A DNA stretch of 64,000 nt from Promethearchaeia archaeon (lineage in GTDB: Archaea; Asgardarchaeota; Lokiarchaeia; Sigyniarchaeales; SOKP01): the NCBI GenBank assembly GCA_029856045.1, contig JAHQWG010000050.1, positions 29,471 to 93,470 of the forward strand, read 5' to 3'. A model generated the notes under the pieces. It had not been told where the DNA came from, ran no database searches, and saw only the letters and a list, made by a program, of their open reading frames with translations. Shown piece after piece: positions 30,367 to 40,596 of this stretch; the stretch's first letter is position 1, and every line of letters starts with the position of its first letter. The translations under genes were made by a program, and so were the position numbers.

Positions 30367-31713
30367 TCACTTCCTTAATTGCCTCATTTGAATCATCTTT
30401 TTAATACCTTTTGTGTGATTTGAAGATTCCTCCCTTATTGCGCTCCCAACGTAATGGAGGAACACATCTTCCAATGTAGGTTGATGCATATTTACAGATT
30501 TTATGATTAAATTATTTTCATTTATTTTTTGAATAATTAGAGGTAATTGTTTTCCACCGTTTTCGCAAGAGATCGATAAAGATGGCTCGATATCCACTTC
30601 TTCCTCTGGATATTCTCCCTTTTTTATTTTAATTAACTCTTGTTTTATATTTTCTGGAACCTCTTCTAAAAGTTTGTCGTCAAACAAATCTGCAATCTTT
30701 TTCTTAGCGATTAATGGTGCATTTAAAAACATATTTACTGCCATTGGCATCTTTTTCCAAGCCATTAACAATTTTTTAGGATCAGACAAAATTTCTCTCA
30801 TTCTTGCTTGGATCATTTCAGGAGTAACAGTAGCAGGCATACCTGGTGGTAGTTGCATTTTCGGTATTATATCTTGTTCATTTCCTGCAGTTCCAAATGA
30901 AATATTTTTAATTCCAGATATTTCTTTTACTTGCTTCATAATCATGGGAAACTTAAACTGATCGTCAACATTCTCAAATTGTATATCTATTACATCCCCA
31001 GATAATTGTTTTTTTAAATTTTCCGAAGTATCCATAGCAATTATTTTACCGTGATCCATTATGCATATTCTATCCGCGAGCTCATCTGCTTCATCCATAT
31101 AGTGTGTGGTAATTAAGATAGTCATATTTAAGTCTCCTTTATTTAATTCTTTTATTTTCTCCCAGATTTTACGCCGTGTCTGAGGATCTAAACCTAAAGT
31201 AGGTTCGTCAAGAAATAAAACTTTCGGTTCGTGTATCAATCCTCGAGCAATTTCTAAGCGACGTTTCATCCCACCAGAATAATTTTTTACGTAAGTATCG
31301 GCTCTATCCTCAAGATCCACAATTTTCAATACTTCTTGTATTTTAACTTGCCTTTCTTTCTTCAGCATTCCATAAAGAACCGCATGTAATTCAAGGTTTT
31401 CCCAACCTTTCATATCTCCGTCTACTGAAGGTTCTTGAAAGACAAATCCTATACTCTTCCTTACTTTATCGGGATCCTTCGCAACATTGTACCCATTTAC
31501 AAATGTAGCCCCTTTTGTTGCATTTAGCAGAGTCGCCAAGATCGATAACGTTGTTGTTTTACCAGCCCCATTAGGACCTAAAAGCGCAAAAATCTCTCCC
31601 TTTTTAACAGTAAATGAAATTTTATCTACAGCTTTTAAATTACCCTCTTTATAAATTTTAACTAAGTCTTTAACTTCTACTATATTTTCAGAATTGCTTT
31701 TAATTTCAGTCAT
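30367..31713 (-). CDS. ABC exporter ATP-binding protein (DrrA-like) with an internal insertion
   Basis: GPNGAGKT, YSGGMKRRLE, LDEPT and PTLEDVF motifs. Confidence 0.93.
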   Translation of the reverse strand: MTEIKSNSENIVEVKDLVKIYKEGNLKAVDKISFTVKKGEIFALLGPNGAGKTTTLSILATLLNATKGATFVNGYNVAKDPDKVRKSIGFVFQEPSVDGDMKGWENLELHAVLYGMLKKERQVKIQEVLKIVDLEDRADTYVKNYSGGMKRRLEIARGLIHEPKVLFLDEPTLGLDPQTRRKIWEKIKELNKGDLNMTILITTHYMDEADELADRICIMDHGKIIAMDTSENLKKQLSGDVIDIQFENVDDQFKFPMIMKQVKEISGIKNISFGTAGNEQDIIPKMQLPPGMPATVTPEMIQARMREILSDPKKLLMAWKKMPMAVNMFLNAPLIAKKKIADLFDDKLLEEVPENIKQELIKIKKGEYPEEEVDIEPSLSISCENGGKQLPLIIQKINENNLIIKSVNMHQPTLEDVFLHYVGSAIREESSNHTKGIKKMIQMRQLRK

Positions 31714-31901
31714 ATCATAATCAATTATCTATTATTTTACTTCTAACACAATCTTTGAATATTTTTTTTAATAGAACAAATGATTTATTCTTTTTGGTAA
31801 CATTTTAAAAGCCCTCATTACGATATCTAATCATATTCTTACTCAATTTTTTTAGATAAAATAAAAGGAAAAAAAAATTGATGTATTTTAATTATTTTAG
31901 A

Positions 31902-33191
31902 TCATTCATATCGCAATGCTTCTACTGGATTCAGTTTTGATGCACGCCGTGCTGGATATAAGCCGAAAAGGATGCAGACTACGAGACTGAAAGCGAAAGC
32001 TAAAAATAATATGGTTGGTGTCAAAATAGGTGTTATACTTAATGCCATAGCTTGTTGTTGTCCCGTATCGAACCCACCTCCTACTCCACCGCTCATAAAG
32101 ACAGATAAGAATAAGGAAATTACATTTGATACACCCCATCCAAGAGCAATACCTAGCACTCCACCTAATAGACCAATTAAGCTAGCTTCACCCAGGAATA
32201 TTGTTAGAACGTTTCGATCCTTCATACCTAACGATTTTAGGATACCAATTTCACGAGTACGTTCCAAAACAGAAACAATCATGATATTCATGATGCCTAT
32301 ACCTGCCACTAGTAGAGCTATACCCGATATTGCTACCAAAAATAGTTCTATTATTGAAAACATTCCGGATATCGTACTAAGTAAAGCTGTCGGAGAAATC
32401 ACACTAACTTTGTCATCATACAATTTCTCTATCTCTGATGTTACCGAGTCTATGGTTTCCTGATTGCTATCTATTAGTTGAATAATTATTTGATTACATT
32501 GTTCAGTATCAAAAAATTCTTGTGCTGTTGTTATTGGAATATAAATTTGATTGTCTGAAGGTCCACCCAGGCCAAATCCGCCAATTTCTTTAAGGATGGT
32601 AGATACATTGGCTATATAACTTTTTGTTATAGGATTAAGGATTGGTCCAGTCGCCCAAGTTATATTGATCTTATCGCCTACGCTAGCGAATAGAGTTCCA
32701 TTATTCCAAGGATCAGCTATTCCTGCTCCTAGGATTATTGTATCATTCGCTGGGCTAAAAGGTATTGATCCATTTTCTGCAAGAAAAGTACTACCGTATA
32801 TCTCTGAATATTGGGTAAAATTAACACCCACTACAGAAACAGATCGTGTTATATTGTTAGAAGAGATACTTACTTGCTTAGATATTATTGCCAGTGCAAT
32901 GTTGACACCTTCTACTTCATCGATTGTCTCAGTATCATTAACTAATAAATAAAATTCATCATCGCCTCCTCCGAACCCCATAAATCCACCACCTGGAGTG
33001 ACAGTTAATGTATTTAAGGAAAAACCTTGTTCAAATTGACCAGTCATCTCAATCCTGAAACCTTCTCCGAGAGATAAAAGGGCAACAATCCCGGTGATTC
33101 CGATGATAACGCCCAACGTGGTGAGGAAAGTTCTAAGCTTTCTCACTCGAATGCCACTCAAAGCGTATTTAAAAACATCTAAAATCTTCAT
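31902..33191 (-). CDS. MacB/FtsX-like ABC permease
   Basis: RTFLTTLGVIIG, VLERTREIGILKSLG and LNPVEALRYE; ATG at 33191 preferred over 33212. Confidence 0.92.
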   Translation of the reverse strand: MKILDVFKYALSGIRVRKLRTFLTTLGVIIGITGIVALLSLGEGFRIEMTGQFEQGFSLNTLTVTPGGGFMGFGGGDDEFYLLVNDTETIDEVEGVNIALAIISKQVSISSNNITRSVSVVGVNFTQYSEIYGSTFLAENGSIPFSPANDTIILGAGIADPWNNGTLFASVGDKINITWATGPILNPITKSYIANVSTILKEIGGFGLGGPSDNQIYIPITTAQEFFDTEQCNQIIIQLIDSNQETIDSVTSEIEKLYDDKVSVISPTALLSTISGMFSIIELFLVAISGIALLVAGIGIMNIMIVSVLERTREIGILKSLGMKDRNVLTIFLGEASLIGLLGGVLGIALGWGVSNVISLFLSVFMSGGVGGGFDTGQQQAMALSITPILTPTILFLAFAFSLVVCILFGLYPARRASKLNPVEALRYE

Positions 33192-33192
33192 T

Positions 33193-33933
33193 TTAATTAA
33201 CCCCTCTCTCAAAATTTGTATGCTCTATTCTTCCATCTATAAGATGAATTATTTTCTTTGCCTCATTAGTTATATTTTGGTCATGGGTTGCAAGAATAAT
33301 AGTAATTCCTTTTTCCTCATTTAACTTCTTAAGTAATGTAACTATTTCTTGTGCAGTTTTTGAATCTATATTTCCAGTTGGCTCGTCCAGTAGAAGAAAT
33401 CTTGGATTACCTGTCAATGCTCTGGCAATAGCTACTCGCTGTTGTTCGCCACCGCTCAATTCTGTTGGTCTATGATTTATACGATCTCCGAGACCAACTA
33501 TTCGTAATAATTCTTCGGCTTCCTTTCTTCGTTTCTTGTTGTTGACACCCATTATTGCTAATGGTAGTTCTACATTTTTTCGAGCATTTAATTTTTGTAT
33601 TAAGTTAAAAAATTGAAAAACAAATCCAACTTTGCGTCTTAAATTAGCTAGTTGATTTCCTTTTAGGGTAGAAACATCTGCACCATCTATATATACTTTT
33701 CCATTAGATGGTTTGTCGAGAGCGCCTATAAGATTTAGGAATGTTGACTTTCCACATCCTGAGGGACCAGTGATAGCAATAAAATCACCTTCTTCAATTT
33801 TCAAATCGATTCCCCTTAAAGCATGCACTATAACCTTACCCATTAAATAGGTTTTTTTTAAATCTTGAGTTTCGACTACATACGATTTTTCTATGGAATC
33901 ATTTTTAAGTAAATCCAGATTTGTATCTTTCAA
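33193..33933 (-). CDS. LolD/MacB-type ABC ATPase
   Basis: GPSGCGKST, LSGGEQQRVAIARA and DEPTGN motifs. Confidence 0.93.
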   Translation of the reverse strand: MKDTNLDLLKNDSIEKSYVVETQDLKKTYLMGKVIVHALRGIDLKIEEGDFIAITGPSGCGKSTFLNLIGALDKPSNGKVYIDGADVSTLKGNQLANLRRKVGFVFQFFNLIQKLNARKNVELPLAIMGVNNKKRRKEAEELLRIVGLGDRINHRPTELSGGEQQRVAIARALTGNPRFLLLDEPTGNIDSKTAQEIVTLLKKLNEEKGITIILATHDQNITNEAKKIIHLIDGRIEHTNFERGVN

Positions 33934-33991
33934 ATATTTATACCTCGTTGATTTTAATTTTTAAAAAAGTTTTCAAATTATTTTAAATAAG

Positions 33992-34130
33992 AATTTTCTT
34001 ATTTAAATATTTTGCATTTTTGCAAACATTTGTAATTAAATAATTTCTCATATTTAAGTATTTTGCATTTCTGCAAACATTTATAAATTAGTAATTTTTC
34101 ATATTAAAATAGTTTGAATTTTTCACATCT
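33992..34130. repeat. three tandem 51-bp units carrying the palindrome TTTGCA-N5-TGCAAA (third unit degenerate)
   Basis: Palindrome starts at 34011, 34062 and (degenerate) 34113. Confidence 0.8.
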
Positions 34131-34219
34131 ATATCTTTGAAGTTTTTTTACTTAACGCAGTAAGTAAATCAAAATAGCACCAAAGAAATAAATAGATTAA
34201 TTCCATATTTGATATTAAC

Positions 34220-35107
34220 ATGAGATCCAGAAACTCATTTAAATTATTCACGGAAACAAAAAAGGATTTTAAGAATAGTTGGCAGCTATTTAAAGAAAAT
34301 TACAAAGCGTTTATTAGTACTGAATTTTTCGCTTTTTTATCCTTCATATCAATTGAAATAATCATGTTTTCACTGATAGGTTTAATTTATTATCTAGTTC
34401 CATCGTTATCACTTGAAGATTTTTGGTTTATTTTCCCACAAAATTTTAATATTTCATTCATCTTTCGATTTATCACCATTTTTGTTGCCCTAATTATCTT
34501 ATTTGCTTTTCTAAACTGTCAAAATGGTCTGGCTTATGATATTATGTCTTCGGGAGAAATGTTTGCTGAATTTAAAAGTTCATTCACATATTTCCGACGT
34601 TATTGGTGGCAATATTTTGTTTTAACGATTCTAATTCTTATGGGATGGTTTTTGGGAATGATAATTTTTGATTTTGACCATAACAATATGCAATCCCCGC
34701 AAACAATTACTTTGGATGCTTTTCAAATTGGGTGGTTGATAATCAGCTTCCTTTTCTTTTTCATTTGGTTTGTAACTTTTATCAATACCCTTCCCAGCAT
34801 CACCGCACAAGGAAGTTTAAAGCATAGTTTTATCGAAAATTTTCGGATTTTACGTAAGAATGCAAAACGATTGCTTACTACATGGGGAATTTTTTTTTTG
34901 ATTTTTTTTATCACGCCATTTACGGTTAGCTTTATCACAATAATATTTCTACCCTCATTAACAAGTCCTTTTTTGATTCTATTTTTACTTGGTTTATTTA
35001 TATCATTTCTGGCAATAATCGGTTTTCCGATGTTGTCATTGATTGCAACAGGAATTTACAATAATGTCGAATTCGAACGATTCAAACCCTTTCCACCATC
35101 TGAATAA
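34220..35107 (+). CDS. polytopic membrane protein
   Basis: Multiple hydrophobic segments. Confidence 0.8.
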   Translation: MRSRNSFKLFTETKKDFKNSWQLFKENYKAFISTEFFAFLSFISIEIIMFSLIGLIYYLVPSLSLEDFWFIFPQNFNISFIFRFITIFVALIILFAFLNCQNGLAYDIMSSGEMFAEFKSSFTYFRRYWWQYFVLTILILMGWFLGMIIFDFDHNNMQSPQTITLDAFQIGWLIISFLFFFIWFVTFINTLPSITAQGSLKHSFIENFRILRKNAKRLLTTWGIFFLIFFITPFTVSFITIIFLPSLTSPFLILFLLGLFISFLAIIGFPMLSLIATGIYNNVEFERFKPFPPSE

Positions 35108-35162
35108 TCTAAATAATATTATAAAATTTCAAATATCAAAAAAAAAATGTGAATAATGGCAT

Positions 35163-35483
35163 ATGGCGAGTAATTTTAATTCTTCCATTGATAAATCTTC
35201 AAAAATAAAAGAAGAGATTAAAATCACCGACTCCTCACTCGCTCTCATAGTATTACATGAGAAAAAGAAGATGATTTTGAAAATGTTGCTCGAGAAAGCA
35301 ATGACCATCCAAGACCTTAAAAAGGCAACCAATCTCAATCCTGGCACAATAAAGCGCCATCTCGATGATTTGGTTAAAAATAAATTAGTTTTTGTGGCTA
35401 AAGTTAAGTATAGTGATTATAATATAAGAATGAAATATTATAGAGCCACCGCCAAGAATTTTATTATTAATATTAAAATTTAA
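35163..35483 (+). CDS. ArsR-like winged-helix regulator
   Basis: ILKML..MTIQDLKKAT.LNPGTIKRHLDDL..LV...KYYRA. Confidence 0.85.
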   Translation: MASNFNSSIDKSSKIKEEIKITDSSLALIVLHEKKKMILKMLLEKAMTIQDLKKATNLNPGTIKRHLDDLVKNKLVFVAKVKYSDYNIRMKYYRATAKNFIINIKI

Positions 35484-35502
35484 GGAAACTGAAAAATTTA
35501 AA

Positions 35503-36471
35503 TTAATTATTTTTAAATAATGCTTTTAAATTGATTTTTTGAATTATTAGACGGTACATATAATAAATCGATACATAAAATTCTGGCGTCCATTTATAAA
35601 GAAGAATCATAAAAATTAAAGCTCCAACAATTCCAGATAAGTAATTTAAAGCCATATGTATAGGTTCTAAAGGTATTTCAATATAATCAAGATAAATCAA
35701 TAAAATCAAACGTAATATATTTAAAATGTAAATAGCAATTATTGAAATTGTTAATGCTTTCGTCTTTCTCCAGATTATATCTTCTCTTGTTGCTTGATTT
35801 TGTGAGTGAGGGATAAGAATAATGATAGCTCCAAAAATACTATAAGCATGTACTGCTGTGCATGCCCTTGTTATATAAAAAATATTATTTTTTTGAAGAA
35901 TAAGAATCATCCAAGGTATTTCTTCTTCTGGAGAAAGCAATACTTGTGATTTAATGTCAAATATAACATTTAAAATAAAAACTGTTTGTTTAGTTGCAAT
36001 TTCTTCTAACCAATTGTTAGTCTCTGTGTGAAAGAATATGTAGAAAAAATAAAATAATAAAGGACTCCCAATTAACAAAATTATTATTGATTTTTTCGAA
36101 AAAATATAATATTGTTCATCTAGTTTTAGAATTAGTTCATTATTTTTTTTTTGTTTGTGTTTATCTTTTTTTAGATGGGTTTTTTGATAAGATTCATTCT
36201 TATTCTGTTTTCTTTTCTTTTTCAAATCATCATTTTTTCTTAAAATAAAGTGATATCTGTCAACTACAATGTAACCAAGGATGATTAATAATGGAATCAA
36301 GATAATTCCCATGAGATATTTTCCATTAGATTCCATAAATGGAATCGAGAAAACAATCAAAAATAAAAATATTAAATTCAAAGTCAGAATCGATGTATAA
36401 CCTAATTTCTTTACAGTTATTGGATTCATATAAATATCAAATAGAAATATTGAATTATTTATTAATTTCAA
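35503..36471 (-). CDS. archaeosortase/exosortase family protein
   Basis: ITRACTA (catalytic Cys), LNILRL (Arg) and a downstream His in a multi-TM protein. Confidence 0.85.
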   Translation of the reverse strand: MKLINNSIFLFDIYMNPITVKKLGYTSILTLNLIFLFLIVFSIPFMESNGKYLMGIILIPLLIILGYIVVDRYHFILRKNDDLKKKRKQNKNESYQKTHLKKDKHKQKKNNELILKLDEQYYIFSKKSIIILLIGSPLLFYFFYIFFHTETNNWLEEIATKQTVFILNVIFDIKSQVLLSPEEEIPWMILILQKNNIFYITRACTAVHAYSIFGAIIILIPHSQNQATREDIIWRKTKALTISIIAIYILNILRLILLIYLDYIEIPLEPIHMALNYLSGIVGALIFMILLYKWTPEFYVSIYYMYRLIIQKINLKALFKNN

Positions 36472-36649
36472 ATTTTAAGCAATCAAAAGAGAATAAATTC
36501 TCTTGTAAATATGAAGAACATATTTGAAATTTAATTTTTGTCTAATTTAATATTACTAATAAATTTACATTAGTGAGAAAATATTTATATAACCTTATCC
36601 CAAATAAAAGCAATATTTGAAAAATGAATAATCCGATAAGTGAGAAAAG

Positions 36650-37027
36650 ATGGAAGAAAAATCAGGTCACCGTGTTTTCTGGGGTACATGTATTTGTTGT
36701 TTCTGTTTAGTGATATTTATTGCTATTTTGTTTGCCATAGGCGCTTCTATGCAGTTTTCTGGGGGTTTGCCTCCTGGTGAAGGTGGAATATTTGAAAAAA
36801 TCGCCAACGGAATTTACAACTTCTTCAATGAAATACATATGGCTTTTTGGGGTGGTATATTCGGAGCAGTAGAGGAAGGAGTAGAGGAAGTAGTAGAAGA
36901 AGGATACGAAAATGTAACAAGTAATATTCCGGGGTTCGACTTTACTGCAATTTTAATTACTATAATATTATTTTTCCCAATAGTTATAATTCTAATTAAA
37001 AGACGATTATCAAAGGAAATTGAATAA
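36650..37027 (+). CDS. small protein with IPGF-TM-basic C-terminal sorting signal (Loki-CTERM/PGF-CTERM-like)
   Basis: IPGFDFTAILITIILFFPIVIILIKRR; Cys-rich N-terminal TM. Confidence 0.78.
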   Translation: MEEKSGHRVFWGTCICCFCLVIFIAILFAIGASMQFSGGLPPGEGGIFEKIANGIYNFFNEIHMAFWGGIFGAVEEGVEEVVEEGYENVTSNIPGFDFTAILITIILFFPIVIILIKRRLSKEIE

Positions 37028-37180
37028 TTTAAATCTATTTTTTTTACTTTTTATGCTTTATGTTTACCCTCAAAAAATTCAATTTGATTTTTCATCAAAA
37101 TTTAGTTTAAAGAATTTTTTTAAAGAACAGATTATTGTTTAGATAATACTTATATTCTAAATTAAAATACCAAATTCTTC

Positions 37181-37906
37181 ATGCCAAAAAAAGTTATAAT
37201 CATAATTCCTGCATATAACGAAGAGAGGAATATTTCTTGGGTTTTAAAAAAAATACCTAAATTACCAGATTATTTAGTTGAAACACTAGTAATAAATGAT
37301 GGAAGTGAAGATAATACTGCCTTGCTGGCAACGAAACATGGAGCAATAGTAATCAATAATAAAAAAAATATTGGATTAGGACAAACAATTAAAAAAGGAT
37401 TAAGAGAAACTCTGAAACGAGGAGCTGACATAGTTATTCATTTAGATGCAGACGGGCAATACAATCCTGAAGAAATTAAAAGATTGATTAAACCTTTTGA
37501 GAAAGTCGAAAGAGAAAAAATTGATTTGGTTTTGGGAACTCGGCTTCAAAATATCGAATTTAATTTTGGTCCCATGAAAATTCTTGGAAATAAAATAATC
37601 TCCTATTTGATTTCATTATTCATTTCCAGAAAGTCTATTATTTCAGATACTCAAACAGGTTTTAGAGCAATATCCAAAGAGTTAGTTGAGATATTTGTAA
37701 AAAAATTGAAAGGGAAATACACCTACACCCAAGAAATGATAATACATACAAAATTAAATAATTTTAAAATAGTTGAAGTACCAATTCATTTTTATCAACG
37801 GAGATTCGGTAGATCTAGATTAATTAAAAACCCTTTTATCTATTTATTAAGAGTTATAATTATTTGCGCTAAAACATATTTAGGATATAAAATATTTGAG
37901 AAATAA
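37181..37906 (+). CDS. GT2 glycosyltransferase (Dol-P-Man synthase-like)
   Basis: IPAYNEE, DGSED, LDADGQY and DTQTGFRA motifs. Confidence 0.92.
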   Translation: MPKKVIIIIPAYNEERNISWVLKKIPKLPDYLVETLVINDGSEDNTALLATKHGAIVINNKKNIGLGQTIKKGLRETLKRGADIVIHLDADGQYNPEEIKRLIKPFEKVEREKIDLVLGTRLQNIEFNFGPMKILGNKIISYLISLFISRKSIISDTQTGFRAISKELVEIFVKKLKGKYTYTQEMIIHTKLNNFKIVEVPIHFYQRRFGRSRLIKNPFIYLLRVIIICAKTYLGYKIFEK

Positions 37907-38186
37907 ATACCTAATGTAAGAAATATCTTATTACATTCACTACATACACTACCTTTATTAATATTCATTTACATTCATTCATTTTATTATCCAAATATGT
38001 TTTAATAAATTATCATTTGAATTTAAAGCGTGATTTAATTATTCTGTATGTTTTAATCCCAGTAAGATAATTAAAGGCATAATTAATTATAGGGCTGATT
38101 TGCTTAATCTCTAAAGATTGTAAAGATATAAATATATAAGAATTAAAATATAATCAATAAAATTTTAAAAAAAAAGTAGAAGTAAA

Positions 38187-39596
38187 ATGAATATCGAAAA
38201 AAGCAATTCAAGTGAAAAAATTTCAAAAAAAACAGTAATTTTCTATAGTTTTGCAGGAATTTCAGACACGATGTCTTACCAAATGTTCACATTTTACATT
38301 TTTAATTTTTATTTCGCTGTGAAATTACTTCCTCTTGAGTGGGTGACGATAGGTTTTATCATCTGGACAATTTGGAATGCTATAAATGATCCTCTCTTAG
38401 GTGCTTTATCAGATCGTACTAGTACTAAATGGGGTAGAAGAAAACCATATATTATATGTGGAATAATTCCTACATGTATTCTATTAATTCTTTTATGGAC
38501 GCCCCCCCTAACTGGCTCAAGTATAAGCATTTTTATATATTTCTTAATTATTATTAATCTATTTGATACATTCTATACAATGTATAGTTTGAATCAAACA
38601 TCTCTTTTTCCAGAAATGTTCCAAAATCTTGAACAGAGGACAAAAGCAAATAATTATGTTCAGATTTTCAATATAATTGGTTTATTATTTGCTGCGATAT
38701 TACCATCTTTATTTGTATCTGAATATGTTGAACCTGGTCACGAGACGGAATATATTAATGCTTCAATTTTTATGGCAATACTAGCGGTAATATTTGCTTT
38801 CATTTTCATTATGTTTGGATTGAAAGAAAGAAAAGAATACTCTAAAGACCCAGAAACAGCTCCATCATTTTTTAATTCAGTAAAATTTACTTTTAAAAAT
38901 AAGCCTTTTAGAATATATGTTATAACAAATCTTGCTGTTTGGTACATTTTTGGCTTAATACCCATAATAAATCCTTATTTTCTCCGATATAACTTGAATA
39001 TTTCTGATGCACTAATCCAATCATTATTTTTAGCTCTAATATTTGTTTCTGCAATAATTTTTATGGTATTATGGAGTAAAATTTTCGCACATAAGGGAGT
39101 AAAAAATGGTGAATTAATTGCATTAGGATCTGTGATTATTACCTTGATACCATTCTTAATAATTTGGGATATAATTGGAGCTATTTTTGCATATATTATT
39201 GTTGGCTTCGGATTTGCTGGGATAATGTTTGGAAGAGATGTGATGATGAGTACCATAATTGATTATGATGAATTAGAAACAGGTATAAGACGCGAGGCCG
39301 CTTATTATGGTGTCAACGCATTAATAATACGGTTATCAACAATAGCTGTATATTTATCAATTGCTTTAGTTTTTGGTAATATTGGATGGAAAATATATGA
39401 TCCAACCATAGTAACTGAGTGGACACACTTAGGTTTAAGAATATTAATTTGTGTGCTTCCCTCAGTCGCGATAGGTCTTGGAATATTATCCTTAAGACGA
39501 TTCCCAATTACAAAAGAAAAGTATGCAGAAATTAAAAATAAATTGGAAGCAATGCATAAGGAGAAAAAAGAAAAAGTTACTGCAAATAAACGTTAA
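38187..39596 (+). CDS. MFS glycoside-pentoside-hexuronide (GPH) symporter
   Basis: WNAINDPLLG.LSDRT.TKWGRRKP and DELETGIRREAAYYG motifs. Confidence 0.9.
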   Translation: MNIEKSNSSEKISKKTVIFYSFAGISDTMSYQMFTFYIFNFYFAVKLLPLEWVTIGFIIWTIWNAINDPLLGALSDRTSTKWGRRKPYIICGIIPTCILLILLWTPPLTGSSISIFIYFLIIINLFDTFYTMYSLNQTSLFPEMFQNLEQRTKANNYVQIFNIIGLLFAAILPSLFVSEYVEPGHETEYINASIFMAILAVIFAFIFIMFGLKERKEYSKDPETAPSFFNSVKFTFKNKPFRIYVITNLAVWYIFGLIPIINPYFLRYNLNISDALIQSLFLALIFVSAIIFMVLWSKIFAHKGVKNGELIALGSVIITLIPFLIIWDIIGAIFAYIIVGFGFAGIMFGRDVMMSTIIDYDELETGIRREAAYYGVNALIIRLSTIAVYLSIALVFGNIGWKIYDPTIVTEWTHLGLRILICVLPSVAIGLGILSLRRFPITKEKYAEIKNKLEAMHKEKKEKVTANKR

Positions 39597-39791
39597 ATAT
39601 TAATTTTTTTTATTTTAAAATCTTTAAATCAAGTTATTTAGAAATCGTTTTATCTACTTTTTTAAAAATAGTGATTCTTTGTGCCAAAACTTATTTAGGC
39701 TACAAATTAAAAAACTATACAAAAAAATAAAAATAAATTAATAAAAAAATTAAGAGAAATAATTAAAAAAAATTTTAAATCTTTTTTAGAT

Positions 39792-40424
39792 GTGAAAATT
39801 ATGAATAATCCGGAAGCAACTGATCAAGCTTTAGCAATTTTACGTAGCGGGGAAAACTTCCAGTGGTATGTAGTTTTTATGATTGTTGTCGTTATGTTCA
39901 TTTACTTCAGTGAGATCCAAAAGAAAAATTGGAGGGGTATTGCTGCAGGAATGTCTTTATATATGGTGCATTGGTTTGTCGAAATCATTAATTCTTTATT
40001 CCAAGTTTTTACTGGTCATGCCCTCTGGACCATTCCCACAGGTACAGCATATTTAATTCTTATAGGTGTTGGAATTGAGATTAGTTTGATGTTCTCTGTC
40101 ATGGGACTTGCGGTTAGTAAAATTCTTCCAGAAGACCCAAGGGAGAAAGTTTTGGGTATCCCAAGCCGTCTTTTTATTGCTATTGTCAATGCAGGTATGG
40201 TATCAATTATAGAAATATTTCTCATAATGACTCCTACGTTTGTATGGGTATGGGAATGGTGGAATGCTTTAACAGTCTTTATTTTTGTGTATATACCATT
40301 TTTCGTGGTCTCATGTTATTGCTATTACTGGGAACCTAAGAATCAACGTATTGTGATCGGGGTAATGGCAGCAATAAACATTGCATTACTCGTAATTTTT
40401 CTAGGGATATTAGGCTGGATATAA
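39792..40424 (+). CDS. conserved hypothetical membrane protein
   Basis: Hydrophobic ORF of about 6 TM. Confidence 0.75.
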   Translation: MKIMNNPEATDQALAILRSGENFQWYVVFMIVVVMFIYFSEIQKKNWRGIAAGMSLYMVHWFVEIINSLFQVFTGHALWTIPTGTAYLILIGVGIEISLMFSVMGLAVSKILPEDPREKVLGIPSRLFIAIVNAGMVSIIEIFLIMTPTFVWVWEWWNALTVFIFVYIPFFVVSCYCYYWEPKNQRIVIGVMAAINIALLVIFLGILGWI

Positions 40425-40596
40425 ATTTAAATCTAAATTTAAAATTTCAATTTTTTTTCTATTTCTTAAAACCAATTACCTTAATAAAAAACTGATAAAA
40501 GTAAACATTAAATTTCTATTTATTGTTAGTTTAATTCTAATAGTTAAAAAAATTAATTTCAACTAAATTTTTTTAAAAAAATAAAAATAATTTCTT

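Noticed and set aside
33992-34130. Possible mini-CRISPR array
   Set aside because: Whole units repeat with no unique spacers, and there are no cas genes.
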